From NCBI GenBank assembly GCA_034409195.1, contig DAOUMT010000071.1:1-32052 (forward strand): a stretch of 32,052 bases of DNA. Direction: 5' to 3'. Positions 15,244 through 23,478 of this stretch are shown one piece after another. The translations under genes and the position numbers were made by a program. The notes under the pieces were generated by a model. That model saw only the letters and a list, made by a program, of their open reading frames with translations, did not search any database and was not told the DNA's origin. Each line of letters begins with the position of its first letter. Positions within the stretch are counted from its first letter, which is position 1. This DNA is from Dehalococcoidia bacterium. GTDB taxonomy: Bacteria; Chloroflexota; Dehalococcoidia; SZUA-161.

Positions 15244-15882
15244 ATGGACCTGGAGACTGCCCGGCTCAGACTCATGCACCAACTGTCCCGTGAGATTCGC
15301 GATAAGAAGGTGCTCGATGTAATGAACCGTGTACCCCGTGAGCTATTTGTACCTTCGAGCAGTCAGCATGCAGCTTACGAGAATATCCCTTTACCCATCG
15401 AGATGGGGCAGACTATCTCACAGCCGTTTATCGTGGCCCTGATGACCGAGGCGATGCAGATTACAGATAAGGATAAGGTGCTGGAGGTAGGCACCGGCAG
15501 CGGCTACCAGACTGCCATCCTCTGCGAGCTGGCGAACTGGGTGATCACCGTAGAACGGCATCAGAGACTGCTAGATAAAGCGAAAGATGTTTTAACCAGG
15601 CTCGGCTACACTAATGTGGAGTTCCACCGTACCGAAAAGATGCTGGGCTGGCCCGAAGGAGCGCCCTACGATGCCATAATTGTTACCGCCGGCGCGCCCA
15701 AGGTGCCCCAGGTACTGCTGGACCAACTGGCGGCAGAGGGACGGCTGGTGATACCGGTGGGCTCGCGCTTCGAACAGGATCTGATGAAGGTGGTAAAGCG
15801 CAAAGAGGGACTGTCAACTACCAACTTAGGGGCCTGCCGCTTTGTTCCCCTCATCGGAGAAGGTGCCTGGGAGGAGGAATAA
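15244..15882 (+). CDS. pcm: Protein-L-isoaspartate(D-aspartate) O-methyltransferase
   Basis: 212 aa. ..VPRELFVP.., GQTISQPFIVALMTE, VLEVGTGSGYQTAIL, ..YDAIIVTAGAP.VPQ.L..QL..GGRLVIPVG. Confidence 0.92.
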   Translation: MDLETARLRLMHQLSREIRDKKVLDVMNRVPRELFVPSSSQHAAYENIPLPIEMGQTISQPFIVALMTEAMQITDKDKVLEVGTGSGYQTAILCELANWVITVERHQRLLDKAKDVLTRLGYTNVEFHRTEKMLGWPEGAPYDAIIVTAGAPKVPQVLLDQLAAEGRLVIPVGSRFEQDLMKVVKRKEGLSTTNLGACRFVPLIGEGAWEEE

Positions 15883-15888
15883 TCTAAG

Positions 15889-15956
15889 CACAGGCGAGGG
15901 CGCCTGTGTTACCTGTCTGCCTTCCCTACTTTGTTACCACAGGCGAGGTGCCTGTG
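15889..15956 (+). repeat. Two tandem near-identical hairpins (CACAGGCG-aggg-CGCCTGTG + TTACC ; CACAGGC-gaggt-GCCTGTG + CTACC) downstream of pcm
   Basis: Read directly: stems 15889-15896/15901-15908 and 15938-15944/15950-15956, spaced ~49 nt. They start 7 nt after the pcm stop and may act as terminators. Confidence 0.5.
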
Positions 15957-16034
15957 CTACCTGAATACTAAGCCCGGTTCGAGATTTTCTATCTATAGCT
16001 GAAATCCTTAATTAAGGTTGACTGAGGTGATACA

Positions 16035-16691
16035 ATGAATTGGAAGATTTTTCGCCTTTCAGGAGCAGGCAGCTTCGATTTGACTGTAACATCTATCGTC
16101 CTCGCTGGTGGCCTCAGCTCCCGCCTGGGAAGAGAAAAACTCGCGGAGGTGATTGCCGGAAAAAGCCTGATCGAGCGAGCCATAAGCAGTTTGAGTTCGC
16201 TGAGCCGAGAGATATTTATAGTGATTTCGCAGAAGCAGGCAAGGTCATCCCTACCTTATATATACCCGGGAGCTAAAACCGTGGTTGACCTTTACCCGGG
16301 GAAAGGCTCTCTGATCGGTATCTACACAGGGCTGGTACATTCCAGCAATTTTTTAAATCTGGCTGTCGCCTGCGATATGCCATTTTTGAACCTGAACCTG
16401 CTGCGCTATATGGTCGATATCTCGCCAGGTTTCGATGTAGTTATACCAAAGGAGGACGACCAGACGGAGCCGCTTCATGCCGTATATTCCAAAAACTGCG
16501 CGGAACCGATGAAAAACCTGATTGAACAGGGCAACCTCAAAATAACAGGTTTCTTCGATTCAGTAAAGGTAAAATATGTGGAAAAAGAGGAGCTGGACAG
16601 GTTCGACCCGCAGCGCTTGAGCTTTTTTAATATCAATAACGAGGCCGACTTGAAGAAAGCCAGAATGCTGGCAGCACGAGAGAATTCATAA
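16035..16691 (+). CDS. mobA: Molybdenum cofactor guanylyltransferase
   Basis: 218 aa. IVLAGGLSSRLGREK (the LAGG..R.G NTP-binding motif) and ..ACDMPFL.. GAGGTGAT lies 6 nt before the ATG. The N-terminus is ~20 aa longer than usual; a TTG at 16080 is an alternative start. Confidence 0.85.
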   Translation: MNWKIFRLSGAGSFDLTVTSIVLAGGLSSRLGREKLAEVIAGKSLIERAISSLSSLSREIFIVISQKQARSSLPYIYPGAKTVVDLYPGKGSLIGIYTGLVHSSNFLNLAVACDMPFLNLNLLRYMVDISPGFDVVIPKEDDQTEPLHAVYSKNCAEPMKNLIEQGNLKITGFFDSVKVKYVEKEELDRFDPQRLSFFNINNEADLKKARMLAARENS

Positions 16692-16740
16692 AGAAAGAGC
16701 AGGGAATAATTGTAGCTGACTACATAGAGGATGCAGGGAC

Positions 16741-17994
16741 ATGATATCTGTTGAGGAAGCACTGGAGAAAATTCTTAGCTATGTTAATGTTCTCGAACCG
16801 GAGGATGAGCTCATCCTGAATAGCCTAGGACGTGTCCTGGCAGAAGATATCTACTCCGATATAGACATACCGCCGCTGGACAACTCCGCCATGGACGGCT
16901 ACGCGGTGCAGGCTGAGAGCACGAAAGATGCCAGTCCTTCCTCCCCGCGCACCCTTCGCATCATAGGTGAGGTGGCCGCTGGCTACATAGCCAGTGAGGA
17001 GGTAACACCGGGCACCACCATCCGTATTATGACCGGCGCTCCCATACCTAAGGGCGCTGACGCCGTGGTCCAGTTCGAAGATACCGATGAGGAGAAGCGG
17101 AAGGCAGCCAAGAAACCCCTGGATGAGATCGGCATACTGCGTCAGGCAGCGAAGGGATTGAACATCAGGAAGGCTGGAGAAGATATCTCCAAAGGCAGCC
17201 TGGTCTTAAGTGCAGGGACAGTGCTCCGTCCCCAGGAGATTGGCATCCTGGCCTCACTGGGAAGAGATGTCGTATCCGCTATCCGACGCCCGGTGGTGGC
17301 TGTACTGGCGACCGGGGATGAGCTTGTGGAGATAAAAGAGCAACTCCCGCCGGGCAAGATATACAACAGCAACACCTACAGCCTTGCCGCACAGGTAAGC
17401 CGCTACGGCGGCGTTCCCAGGATACTGGGGATTGCCCGGGATAACATCGCGGCTCTGGAGGATAAAATAAAGCAGGCGCACGATGCCGATATGCTCATAA
17501 CCTCTGCGGGAGTGTCCGTGGGAGAATACGATATAGTCAAGGATGTCCTGGCGCGGCTGGGAGAGGTAACCTTCTGGACAGTGCGCATGAAGCCGGGCAA
17601 GCCGCTTGCTTTTGGACTGCTGAATCTGGGTAAAAAGAAAGTACCGCATCTCGGATTCCCGGGAAACCCGGTAAGCTCCATGATAACATTCGAGCAGTTT
17701 GCACGGCCTGCCATCCTGAAAATGCTGGGGAAGAAGGAATTCGGCAAGCCCACTATCAAAGCCAGGAGCGAAGACCGCATTAATAACAGGGATAAACGGC
17801 GCATCTATGCCAGAGTCAGGGTAACCAAACGCAATGGCCAGTATTTCGCCAGCCTAGTGGGACCTCAGGGGTCGGGCATATTGACCTCCATGGCACTGGC
17901 CAACGGGCTGATGATTGTCCCTGAGGACAAGGCGGCAATCGAGGCGGGTGAAGAAGTCCAGGTGCAGATGCTTGACTGGAATGAGGAGATGTAG
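16741..17994 (+). CDS. moeA: Molybdopterin molybdenumtransferase
   Basis: 417 aa. ..PPLDNSAMDGYAV.., ..TGAPIPKGADAVV.., ..LATGDEL.., ..ITSAGVSVGEYD.., ..KPGKPL.FG. Confidence 0.93.
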   Translation: MISVEEALEKILSYVNVLEPEDELILNSLGRVLAEDIYSDIDIPPLDNSAMDGYAVQAESTKDASPSSPRTLRIIGEVAAGYIASEEVTPGTTIRIMTGAPIPKGADAVVQFEDTDEEKRKAAKKPLDEIGILRQAAKGLNIRKAGEDISKGSLVLSAGTVLRPQEIGILASLGRDVVSAIRRPVVAVLATGDELVEIKEQLPPGKIYNSNTYSLAAQVSRYGGVPRILGIARDNIAALEDKIKQAHDADMLITSAGVSVGEYDIVKDVLARLGEVTFWTVRMKPGKPLAFGLLNLGKKKVPHLGFPGNPVSSMITFEQFARPAILKMLGKKEFGKPTIKARSEDRINNRDKRRIYARVRVTKRNGQYFASLVGPQGSGILTSMALANGLMIVPEDKAAIEAGEEVQVQMLDWNEEM

Positions 17995-18651
17995 ATGGTC
18001 CCCATAATATGCGTCGTCGGTAAAAGCGGGGTAGGCAAGACCTATGTCATAGAGAAGCTGGTTGCCGAGCTAAAGAAGCGTGGCTATCAAGTGGCTACCA
18101 TCAAGCACAGCGTAAGCGGCTTTGACATAGACCAGGAAGGAAAAGACACCTGGAGGCATGCCCAAGCGGGGAGCGATACCGTGGCCATAAGCTCTCCCCA
18201 GAAAATAGCCATAATAAAGAAGGCTGACCACGATCACACTCTGGTCGAGCTGCAGCGATTCATAGGGCTCGACTTCGATATTGTCCTCGCCGAGGGATTC
18301 AAACACGACAAAGCACCCAAGATAGAGGTGCACCGCAAGGAATTCGGCCCGGATTTGCTGTGCAGCAAAGAAGAGCTTTTCGCCATAACCACCGACGAAA
18401 AACTGGATATCGATGTGCCCCAGTATAGTCTGGAAGATGCGACAGGGCTGGTCGACCTTATCGAGAAGAGATTCTTCGCCGAAGAGAAGGAGGACAGTGT
18501 CGCCCTCTTTGTCAACGAGGAGATGATACCGCTCAACCCGTTTGTCCGCAGCATTATCTCCCGGACAATTGCCGGCATGGTCTCCGCTCTCAAAAAAGTC
18601 TCAGAGGCTACCAGCATTGATATCTCAATCAGAAGGAAAGACGGGGAATGA
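17995..18651 (+). CDS. mobB: Molybdopterin-guanine dinucleotide biosynthesis adapter protein MobB with a ~55-aa C-terminal extension
   Basis: Walker A VVGKSGVGKT, then ..ATIKH...FDIDQEGKDTWRH..AG.. and ..VLAEGFK.. The start abuts the moeA stop (TAGATG). The extra C-terminal segment is SVALFVNEEMIPLNPFVRSIISRTIAGMVSALKKV...IDISIRR. Confidence 0.85.
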   Translation: MVPIICVVGKSGVGKTYVIEKLVAELKKRGYQVATIKHSVSGFDIDQEGKDTWRHAQAGSDTVAISSPQKIAIIKKADHDHTLVELQRFIGLDFDIVLAEGFKHDKAPKIEVHRKEFGPDLLCSKEELFAITTDEKLDIDVPQYSLEDATGLVDLIEKRFFAEEKEDSVALFVNEEMIPLNPFVRSIISRTIAGMVSALKKVSEATSIDISIRRKDGE

Positions 18652-19385
18652 TTTTCGAGGCAGCCAGTTTCGTCTTCGAACCGCCTGTGGAGGTGTCCTT
18701 CGCACGGCGGATTCTGATTAAGCCGAGCGCCGGTAGCTCCAGGCCGTATCCCATAACTACGAGCCCGGAGACACTGGCAGCAGTTATCGCCGGCATCAGG
18801 AAAGTCAGCGCTGCCGACATCGTACTCCTGGAGGGAAGCGCGGGGGTTGAAAAGGTGCATTCCATATATAAAAACCTAGGGTACGATTTCCCTCACACAA
18901 TGTTGCTGGATGTCGACCAGTGTGCACCTGTAGCAGTGGAGAACCCTCTGTCTAAACCATTCGTCTTGACTACTTTCTGGTTACCCAACGTCATATTATC
19001 CTGCGATTTCCTGATAACCATTGTCCCTTTCAAAATTGTGGCAGGACAGGGCAGCTTCAGCATAAGAAACCTGCTGAGTCTGCTGCCCGCCTCTAAGTAT
19101 CAGCAGGAGGTAAAAGGCTTCCGCGGGGTGGGGCAATCCCCGGGCATCGAAAATACGATTGCCGACCTGCACTTTACCTTGCCGTTCGACCTGGGGATAA
19201 TAGACGGGCGACAGAAATTCACCGGCACCAAAGACCATTTTCATGGGAAGGTCGAGGATTATGGTAAAATATTCGTTGGCACACCTTATGAGGTTGACTC
19301 TGAGGCTTCTGATGCTGCAGAGGTAACAACAGTTTACCTTCAATTGATCGAAGAGGTCCAAGCCAAACAAGGGGGTAGCCCATGA
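18648..19385 (+). CDS. DUF362-like protein (function unknown)
   Basis: 245 aa. ILIKPSAG....PITTSPETLAAVIAGIRK, ...FLITIVPFKIVAGQGSFSIRNLLSL.P and ..ADLHFTLPFDLGIIDG fit my memory of the DUF362 pattern (iKPN...TtP.vv..v, KtH...g.t.alKN..G, D..). The start overlaps the mobB stop (ATGA), with GACGGGGA as SD. Confidence 0.65.
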   Translation: MIFEAASFVFEPPVEVSFARRILIKPSAGSSRPYPITTSPETLAAVIAGIRKVSAADIVLLEGSAGVEKVHSIYKNLGYDFPHTMLLDVDQCAPVAVENPLSKPFVLTTFWLPNVILSCDFLITIVPFKIVAGQGSFSIRNLLSLLPASKYQQEVKGFRGVGQSPGIENTIADLHFTLPFDLGIIDGRQKFTGTKDHFHGKVEDYGKIFVGTPYEVDSEASDAAEVTTVYLQLIEEVQAKQGGSP

Positions 19386-19807
19386 CCACAGAGCAGGATT
19401 CAGACAATGTTGAGCTACAGCTTCGCTACTTCATAGACCTAGGCTGGTACCAGCAGCAAGAGCGTTCCTTCGCCACACTCGCGGCAAGCCGCCTGTGCCC
19501 GACGTCCCGCAAGAAGGAGAAGACAAAATCTGAAGCTGCTTTGCTGCGCACCATAAAACAATGCTGCTCTAAACGAGATGGCTTTATCACACCAAATATG
19601 CCGTTGCTGGAGATGATCTTTCGCCTTTTGCTGGCTAACGGTAACCAACCGCTCGAACTGGGACAAATGCACGAACAATTGCAGAAGTGGCTGGGTGATA
19701 TGAACAATTCGCGAGACTTATCGATCCCGAAATTGAAACGCATCCTCGACAGCGATCGGTACTATGGGCTGAGGCCAGCCCCTTTGACGGAAGAAGAGAA
19801 GACCTAG
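19382..19807 (+). CDS. Hypothetical protein, 141 aa
   Basis: The start overlaps the DUF362 stop (ATGA). AAGGGGGT lies 6 nt upstream. Protein-like composition with Cys at 39, 61 and 62. No family recognised. Confidence 0.6.
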   Translation: MTTEQDSDNVELQLRYFIDLGWYQQQERSFATLAASRLCPTSRKKEKTKSEAALLRTIKQCCSKRDGFITPNMPLLEMIFRLLLANGNQPLELGQMHEQLQKWLGDMNNSRDLSIPKLKRILDSDRYYGLRPAPLTEEEKT

Positions 19808-20094
19808 TAATTCACCTCAAAGTCTTCGAAGCGTCCTGTATAATCTGCCCACTCCACGTCGACACGCTCCACCCTGGCCCGAGAAGGTCCGATGCTCAGT
19901 TGCTTAAGCAGTTCCTCCAGCTTGTCCTTATCTCCCTCCGCCCTGACCTCAACTGCTGTGCCATCGGGCAGGTTTCTTACATAGCCTTTCAATCCCAGCG
20001 ATTCAGCCCGCTTCATTACAAAATACCGGAAATTAACCCCTTGAACATATCCATGGACTATAGCCAGGAAAGATGCTTGTTTTGGCACTATCAT
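19804..20094 (-). CDS. acyP: Acylphosphatase
   Basis: 96 aa. VHGYVQGVNFRYFV...A..LGLKGYVRNLPDGTAVEVRAEG is the acylphosphatase signature. Confidence 0.88.
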   Translation of the reverse strand: MIVPKQASFLAIVHGYVQGVNFRYFVMKRAESLGLKGYVRNLPDGTAVEVRAEGDKDKLEELLKQLSIGPSRARVERVDVEWADYTGRFEDFEVNY

Positions 20095-20105
20095 CTCCCT
20101 CTGGT

Positions 20106-21017
20106 TCAGAGCACGCTGGCAAAGGGACGAGGCTCAATACGATCCAGACGGTGAAGGCCATAGCTCCGTGCAGCTTCAACAGCCTCAACAAATTCCTGCC
20201 TGGAGATAGAGCGAGCCAGTTCTGGGACATCGTAAGCCTTATAACAAGGGCGATACTGGGCCATCACATTCAAATAAGTGTGGGCCGAGATTTCCTGGCT
20301 CAGGAATCGGCAGACCTCAACGGTTCCTGCAAGTCCATGGGGTAAAACAAGATGCCGCACCAGCAGTCCGCGCCTGGCTATGCCCTGATTATCAATCTTG
20401 AGGTCTCCTACCTGGCGGTGCATTTCCTTCACTGCCGCCCTATTCATCCGGGGGTAATTATCGATTCCGGAGAACCGGAGGGCGTGTTGTTCGTCGGAGT
20501 ACTTCATGTCCGGCATATAAATATCGAAGATGCCGTCCAGAAGCTTGAGGGTATCCACTGCATCATAGCCGCCGCTGTTATAAACCAGAGGCACAGATAG
20601 GCCAGCCTCTACGGCGATCTCCAGTGCTTCAAGTATTCGAGGCACTACGTGTGTGGGGCTCACGAAGTTGATATTGTGGCAGCCCTGCCGTTCCAGGGAG
20701 AGCATCATATTAGCCAGCTCTCCAGCGGCCACTTCCCGCCCTTCGCCGAGCTGGCTTATGGTATAGTTCTGGCAGAAGCAACATTTCAGATTGCAGAAAG
20801 CGAAGAATATGGTCCCCGAACCACCACTCCCCACCAGAGGAGACTCCTCGCCAAAATGCGGCCCGAAGCTAGAAATGATGGCTCGCCTTCCAGTGCTGCA
20901 CTTACCCAACTCACCTTTGATACGGTTAACCTGGCAGTGGCGGGGACAGAGGCAGCAATTCTCGAGAATCGCCAGTGCCTGTGCCACCCGCTCGTGCAGC
21001 TTTCCTGCTTCATACAA
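20106..21017 (-). CDS. Radical SAM protein, PflX-type (COG1313-like, uncharacterised pyruvate-formate-lyase-activase homologue)
   Basis: 303 aa. N-terminal Cys cluster CCLCPRHC...GKC, then GSGGSGTIFFAFCNLKCCFCQNY (a CX3CX2C radical SAM cluster). Confidence 0.85.
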   Translation of the reverse strand: MYEAGKLHERVAQALAILENCCLCPRHCQVNRIKGELGKCSTGRRAIISSFGPHFGEESPLVGSGGSGTIFFAFCNLKCCFCQNYTISQLGEGREVAAGELANMMLSLERQGCHNINFVSPTHVVPRILEALEIAVEAGLSVPLVYNSGGYDAVDTLKLLDGIFDIYMPDMKYSDEQHALRFSGIDNYPRMNRAAVKEMHRQVGDLKIDNQGIARRGLLVRHLVLPHGLAGTVEVCRFLSQEISAHTYLNVMAQYRPCYKAYDVPELARSISRQEFVEAVEAARSYGLHRLDRIEPRPFASVL

Positions 21018-21039
21018 TTGTCTATAGGCTGGTATTGAG

Positions 21040-21213
21040 CTACTTCTCTTCCTCAGCGCCCTTCTCCTCCTCCCAAGCGCTCTTGTCCTTCTTCCCCTTG
21101 GTCTTAATCACCTCCACGGTTGTCGGCGTAGCCAGCACCTCCGAGACCAGCGGCTTCTTGGCCCCTTTCTTGGGCTTCTTGGATTCGTGGTGTCTAAAGT
21201 CTCTCGTCCCCAT
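21040..21213 (-). CDS. Small lysine-rich protein, 57 aa
   Basis: The internal ATG of track ORF 21040..21249 is preceded by AAGAGGTG 5 nt upstream. MGTRDFRHHESKKPKKGAKKPLVSEVLATPTTVEVIKTKGKKDKSAWEEEKGAEEEK. No family recognised. Confidence 0.45.
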   Translation of the reverse strand: MGTRDFRHHESKKPKKGAKKPLVSEVLATPTTVEVIKTKGKKDKSAWEEEKGAEEEK

Positions 21214-21249
21214 TTTGCACCTCTTCTTGAAGAGCTTCTGTTGTGTCAA

Positions 21250-21278
21250 AGTTTAGCAAAATGAATAAAGCATGTAAA
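21250..21278 (-). promoter_or_regulatory. Sigma70-like promoter TTTACA-17 nt-TAAACT upstream of the Lys-rich ORF
   Basis: Read on the minus strand: -35 at 21273-21278, -10 at 21250-21255. It lies in the only sizeable gap (123 nt) of the aroC-to-acyP gene string. Confidence 0.3.
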
Positions 21279-21336
21279 GCGATTTTAAGAAAAAAGGGGG
21301 AATTCAAAAGGAGAGCTTCCTCTATCTGCACTTGCT

Positions 21337-22530
21337 TTAGTAAACGACCTCGTTTTCGGGGTGTTTACCCTGGCGTGCGCCAAGCCACTTTACCTTCTGC
21401 TCTGCCCTGGTCTCGGCATCGGTGGGCCGGTAGTTTTTGATAAATTCTTGCTTAAAGCTGGGAAATGAGCCATCCAGGATAGAGCGCCGCATCTGCTCCA
21501 TTAACCTCATGATAAATCTTACGTTATGTATAGTAGCTAGACGGTAAGCCAGAAGCTCCTGCGCTTTGAACAGGTGATGAAGATAAGCGGCGGAAAATGT
21601 GCGGCAGGTGTAGCAGTCACAATCAGCATCAATGGGCCCCTTTTTGTTTTTGAAGCGGGCATTCCCTATGTTGTAGCGGCGGTGCCTGGTGAAGACTGCG
21701 CCGTTGCGACCCAGCCTGGTGGGTAAAGCGCTATCAAACATATCTACGCCGCGTGCGACACATTCCACTAGGTCTTCAGGAGAGCCCACGCCCATCAGGT
21801 AGCGCGGTTTGTTCTCAGAGAGGAGGGGCACAGTCTCATCAAGCACGGAGTGCATCAACTCCTTGGGCTCTCCCAGGCTCAAACCTCCGATGGCATACCC
21901 TGGAAAATTCAGCGAAGTGAGGAAGCCAGCGGACTGCCGCCTCAATTCGGTAAAAGTGCCTCCATGTACGATTCCGAAAAGGGCTTGCCCTTTTCTCTTG
22001 TGCTTTTGCTGGCACCTCTCAGCCCAGAGGTGGCTGCGCTCCATAGACCTTTGGATGCTCCGGAAGTCATCTCCGTAGGGCGGGCACTCATCGAGGACCA
22101 TAATAATGTCTGCGCCCAATTTCTCCTGGATTTCGATAGCAAGCTCGGGTGTCAGAAAATGCTCGCTGCCATCTATATGCGAGCGGAACAGGGCACCTTC
22201 GTCGCTTATGCGGCTATGGTGCCCCAGACTGAACACCTGAAAACCGCCGCTGTCAGTCAGAATCGGCCCATCCCAGGCCATGAACTTATGCAATCCCCCC
22301 AGCTTGCCGATGGTCTCCACACCGGGCCTGAGATAGAGATGATAGGTATTAGCCAAAATCATTCCCACACCTGATAATTTAAGCTCATCAGGTGTCAGAG
22401 TTTTCACCGTACCCTGACTGCCTACAGGAAGAAAAACGGGGGTCGGCACCGAACCATGGGGTGTGGTAAGCATACCGGCGCGAGCCATTGTTTCAGAGCA
22501 GGTCTTCGTCAGCTTGAAGAGTCGGCTCAT
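21337..22530 (-). CDS. tgt: Queuine tRNA-ribosyltransferase
   Basis: 397 aa. ..TPVFLPVGSQGTVK.., ..TDSGGFQVFSL.., ..VLDEC.., and the zinc site CDCYTC....AYLHHL. Confidence 0.95.
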   Translation of the reverse strand: MSRLFKLTKTCSETMARAGMLTTPHGSVPTPVFLPVGSQGTVKTLTPDELKLSGVGMILANTYHLYLRPGVETIGKLGGLHKFMAWDGPILTDSGGFQVFSLGHHSRISDEGALFRSHIDGSEHFLTPELAIEIQEKLGADIIMVLDECPPYGDDFRSIQRSMERSHLWAERCQQKHKRKGQALFGIVHGGTFTELRRQSAGFLTSLNFPGYAIGGLSLGEPKELMHSVLDETVPLLSENKPRYLMGVGSPEDLVECVARGVDMFDSALPTRLGRNGAVFTRHRRYNIGNARFKNKKGPIDADCDCYTCRTFSAAYLHHLFKAQELLAYRLATIHNVRFIMRLMEQMRRSILDGSFPSFKQEFIKNYRPTDAETRAEQKVKWLGARQGKHPENEVVY

Positions 22531-22536
22531 GAGGAG

Positions 22537-23478
22537 TTATACCCAGAAGTTCAAAACCAGGGCGATGAAAATCAAACCCAGATAAGGGAAAGCGGAAAGC
22601 TTGTACACCTTCCAGGCATCCTGAGTCAGGCGGCTTTTAAGCAGGTGGTAATTGGCATAAACCATTATGATGCCCAGGATGTTGGCAGCCGCAAAATAGA
22701 GCCAGCCCAGATCGTCGAATGCCCAGAGAGCAATAGACGAGGCGTAAAGCAGAACCGATAAAGCCATCAATATCTTTATGGCATCTTTAACTTTCCAGGT
22801 GATGGGGAAATATGCGACCCCCGCCTGAAGATAGTCTTCACGGTTGGCAACCATAACGCTCCACACATGCAGCGGTATCCACACGGCGATAAGAATGCAG
22901 AGGAAAAGTATCTGAATATCCAGATGATGAGTAATAGCTACATAGCCCATGAGCACAGGCGCACAACCTGCTATCCCGCCCTGAATCACGCACATTACTC
23001 TTTTACGGAATACTGAAGCTGCGATAGTGCCCACTAGGCCGAAGACGAGGGCAAGAGGGTCGAGATACCAAGCTACGGCAAGCGCAACCGCGATCAAGAA
23101 CACGCTCCATATCAGAGCTTTCCTGGCGGGAACTATCCTCTTTGCTGGCAGAGCCCGCATATGGGTCCTTTTCATTCTGGCGTCGACATTCCGGTCGAGA
23201 TAGTTGGTCAAACCGTTAGCACCAGCGCTTCCCAGGGCAATTGCTACCAAGGCAATCAAAAGGATGTGGAGCGGAGGGTTGCCGTGCGCCGCAATAATTG
23301 CAGCACAAACCCCGATAAAGGTCAGCAAGACCGTCTCGCGGGGTTTGAGCACGGTGATATAGTCGATAATCCCCTTCCCTCGGGGTTTTCCACTCAGATC
23401 GCGTGCAAACGATTCCCGTGTTGCTTCAGTGACATTATTCACTTGGAATATCTCCAGCCACCCTCTTTTTATATGCAT
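22537..23478 (-). CDS. UbiA-superfamily prenyltransferase, protoheme IX farnesyltransferase (CtaB/CyoE)-like
   Basis: 313 aa, polytopic. GANGLTNYLDRNVDARMKRTHMRALP fits N.y.DrdiD..M.RT..RP, and ..DYLQAGVAYFPI.. fits dY..agvPmlPv. The ATG start overlaps the ClC gene by 44 nt. A GTG at 23442 (GGAG 9 nt upstream) would overlap by only 8 nt. Confidence 0.8.
   Translation of the reverse strand: MHIKRGWLEIFQVNNVTEATRESFARDLSGKPRGKGIIDYITVLKPRETVLLTFIGVCAAIIAAHGNPPLHILLIALVAIALGSAGANGLTNYLDRNVDARMKRTHMRALPAKRIVPARKALIWSVFLIAVALAVAWYLDPLALVFGLVGTIAASVFRKRVMCVIQGGIAGCAPVLMGYVAITHHLDIQILFLCILIAVWIPLHVWSVMVANREDYLQAGVAYFPITWKVKDAIKILMALSVLLYASSIALWAFDDLGWLYFAAANILGIIMVYANYHLLKSRLTQDAWKVYKLSAFPYLGLIFIALVLNFWV

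Noticed and set aside
15976-15983. GGTTCGAG, reminiscent of a tRNA T-loop
   Set aside because: The flanking sequence cannot form a T stem, acceptor stem or anticodon arm. No tRNA was found anywhere in the window by eye.
15883-16034. Possible Moco riboswitch upstream of mobA
   Set aside because: The spacer consists of two simple tandem hairpins plus AT-rich sequence. I could not recognise the conserved Moco-motif core. Only an Infernal scan could settle it.
18234-18860. 208-aa minus-strand ORF
   Set aside because: It is antisense to mobB and the DUF362 gene, which are translationally coupled and motif-bearing. It is Ser/Arg-rich junk.
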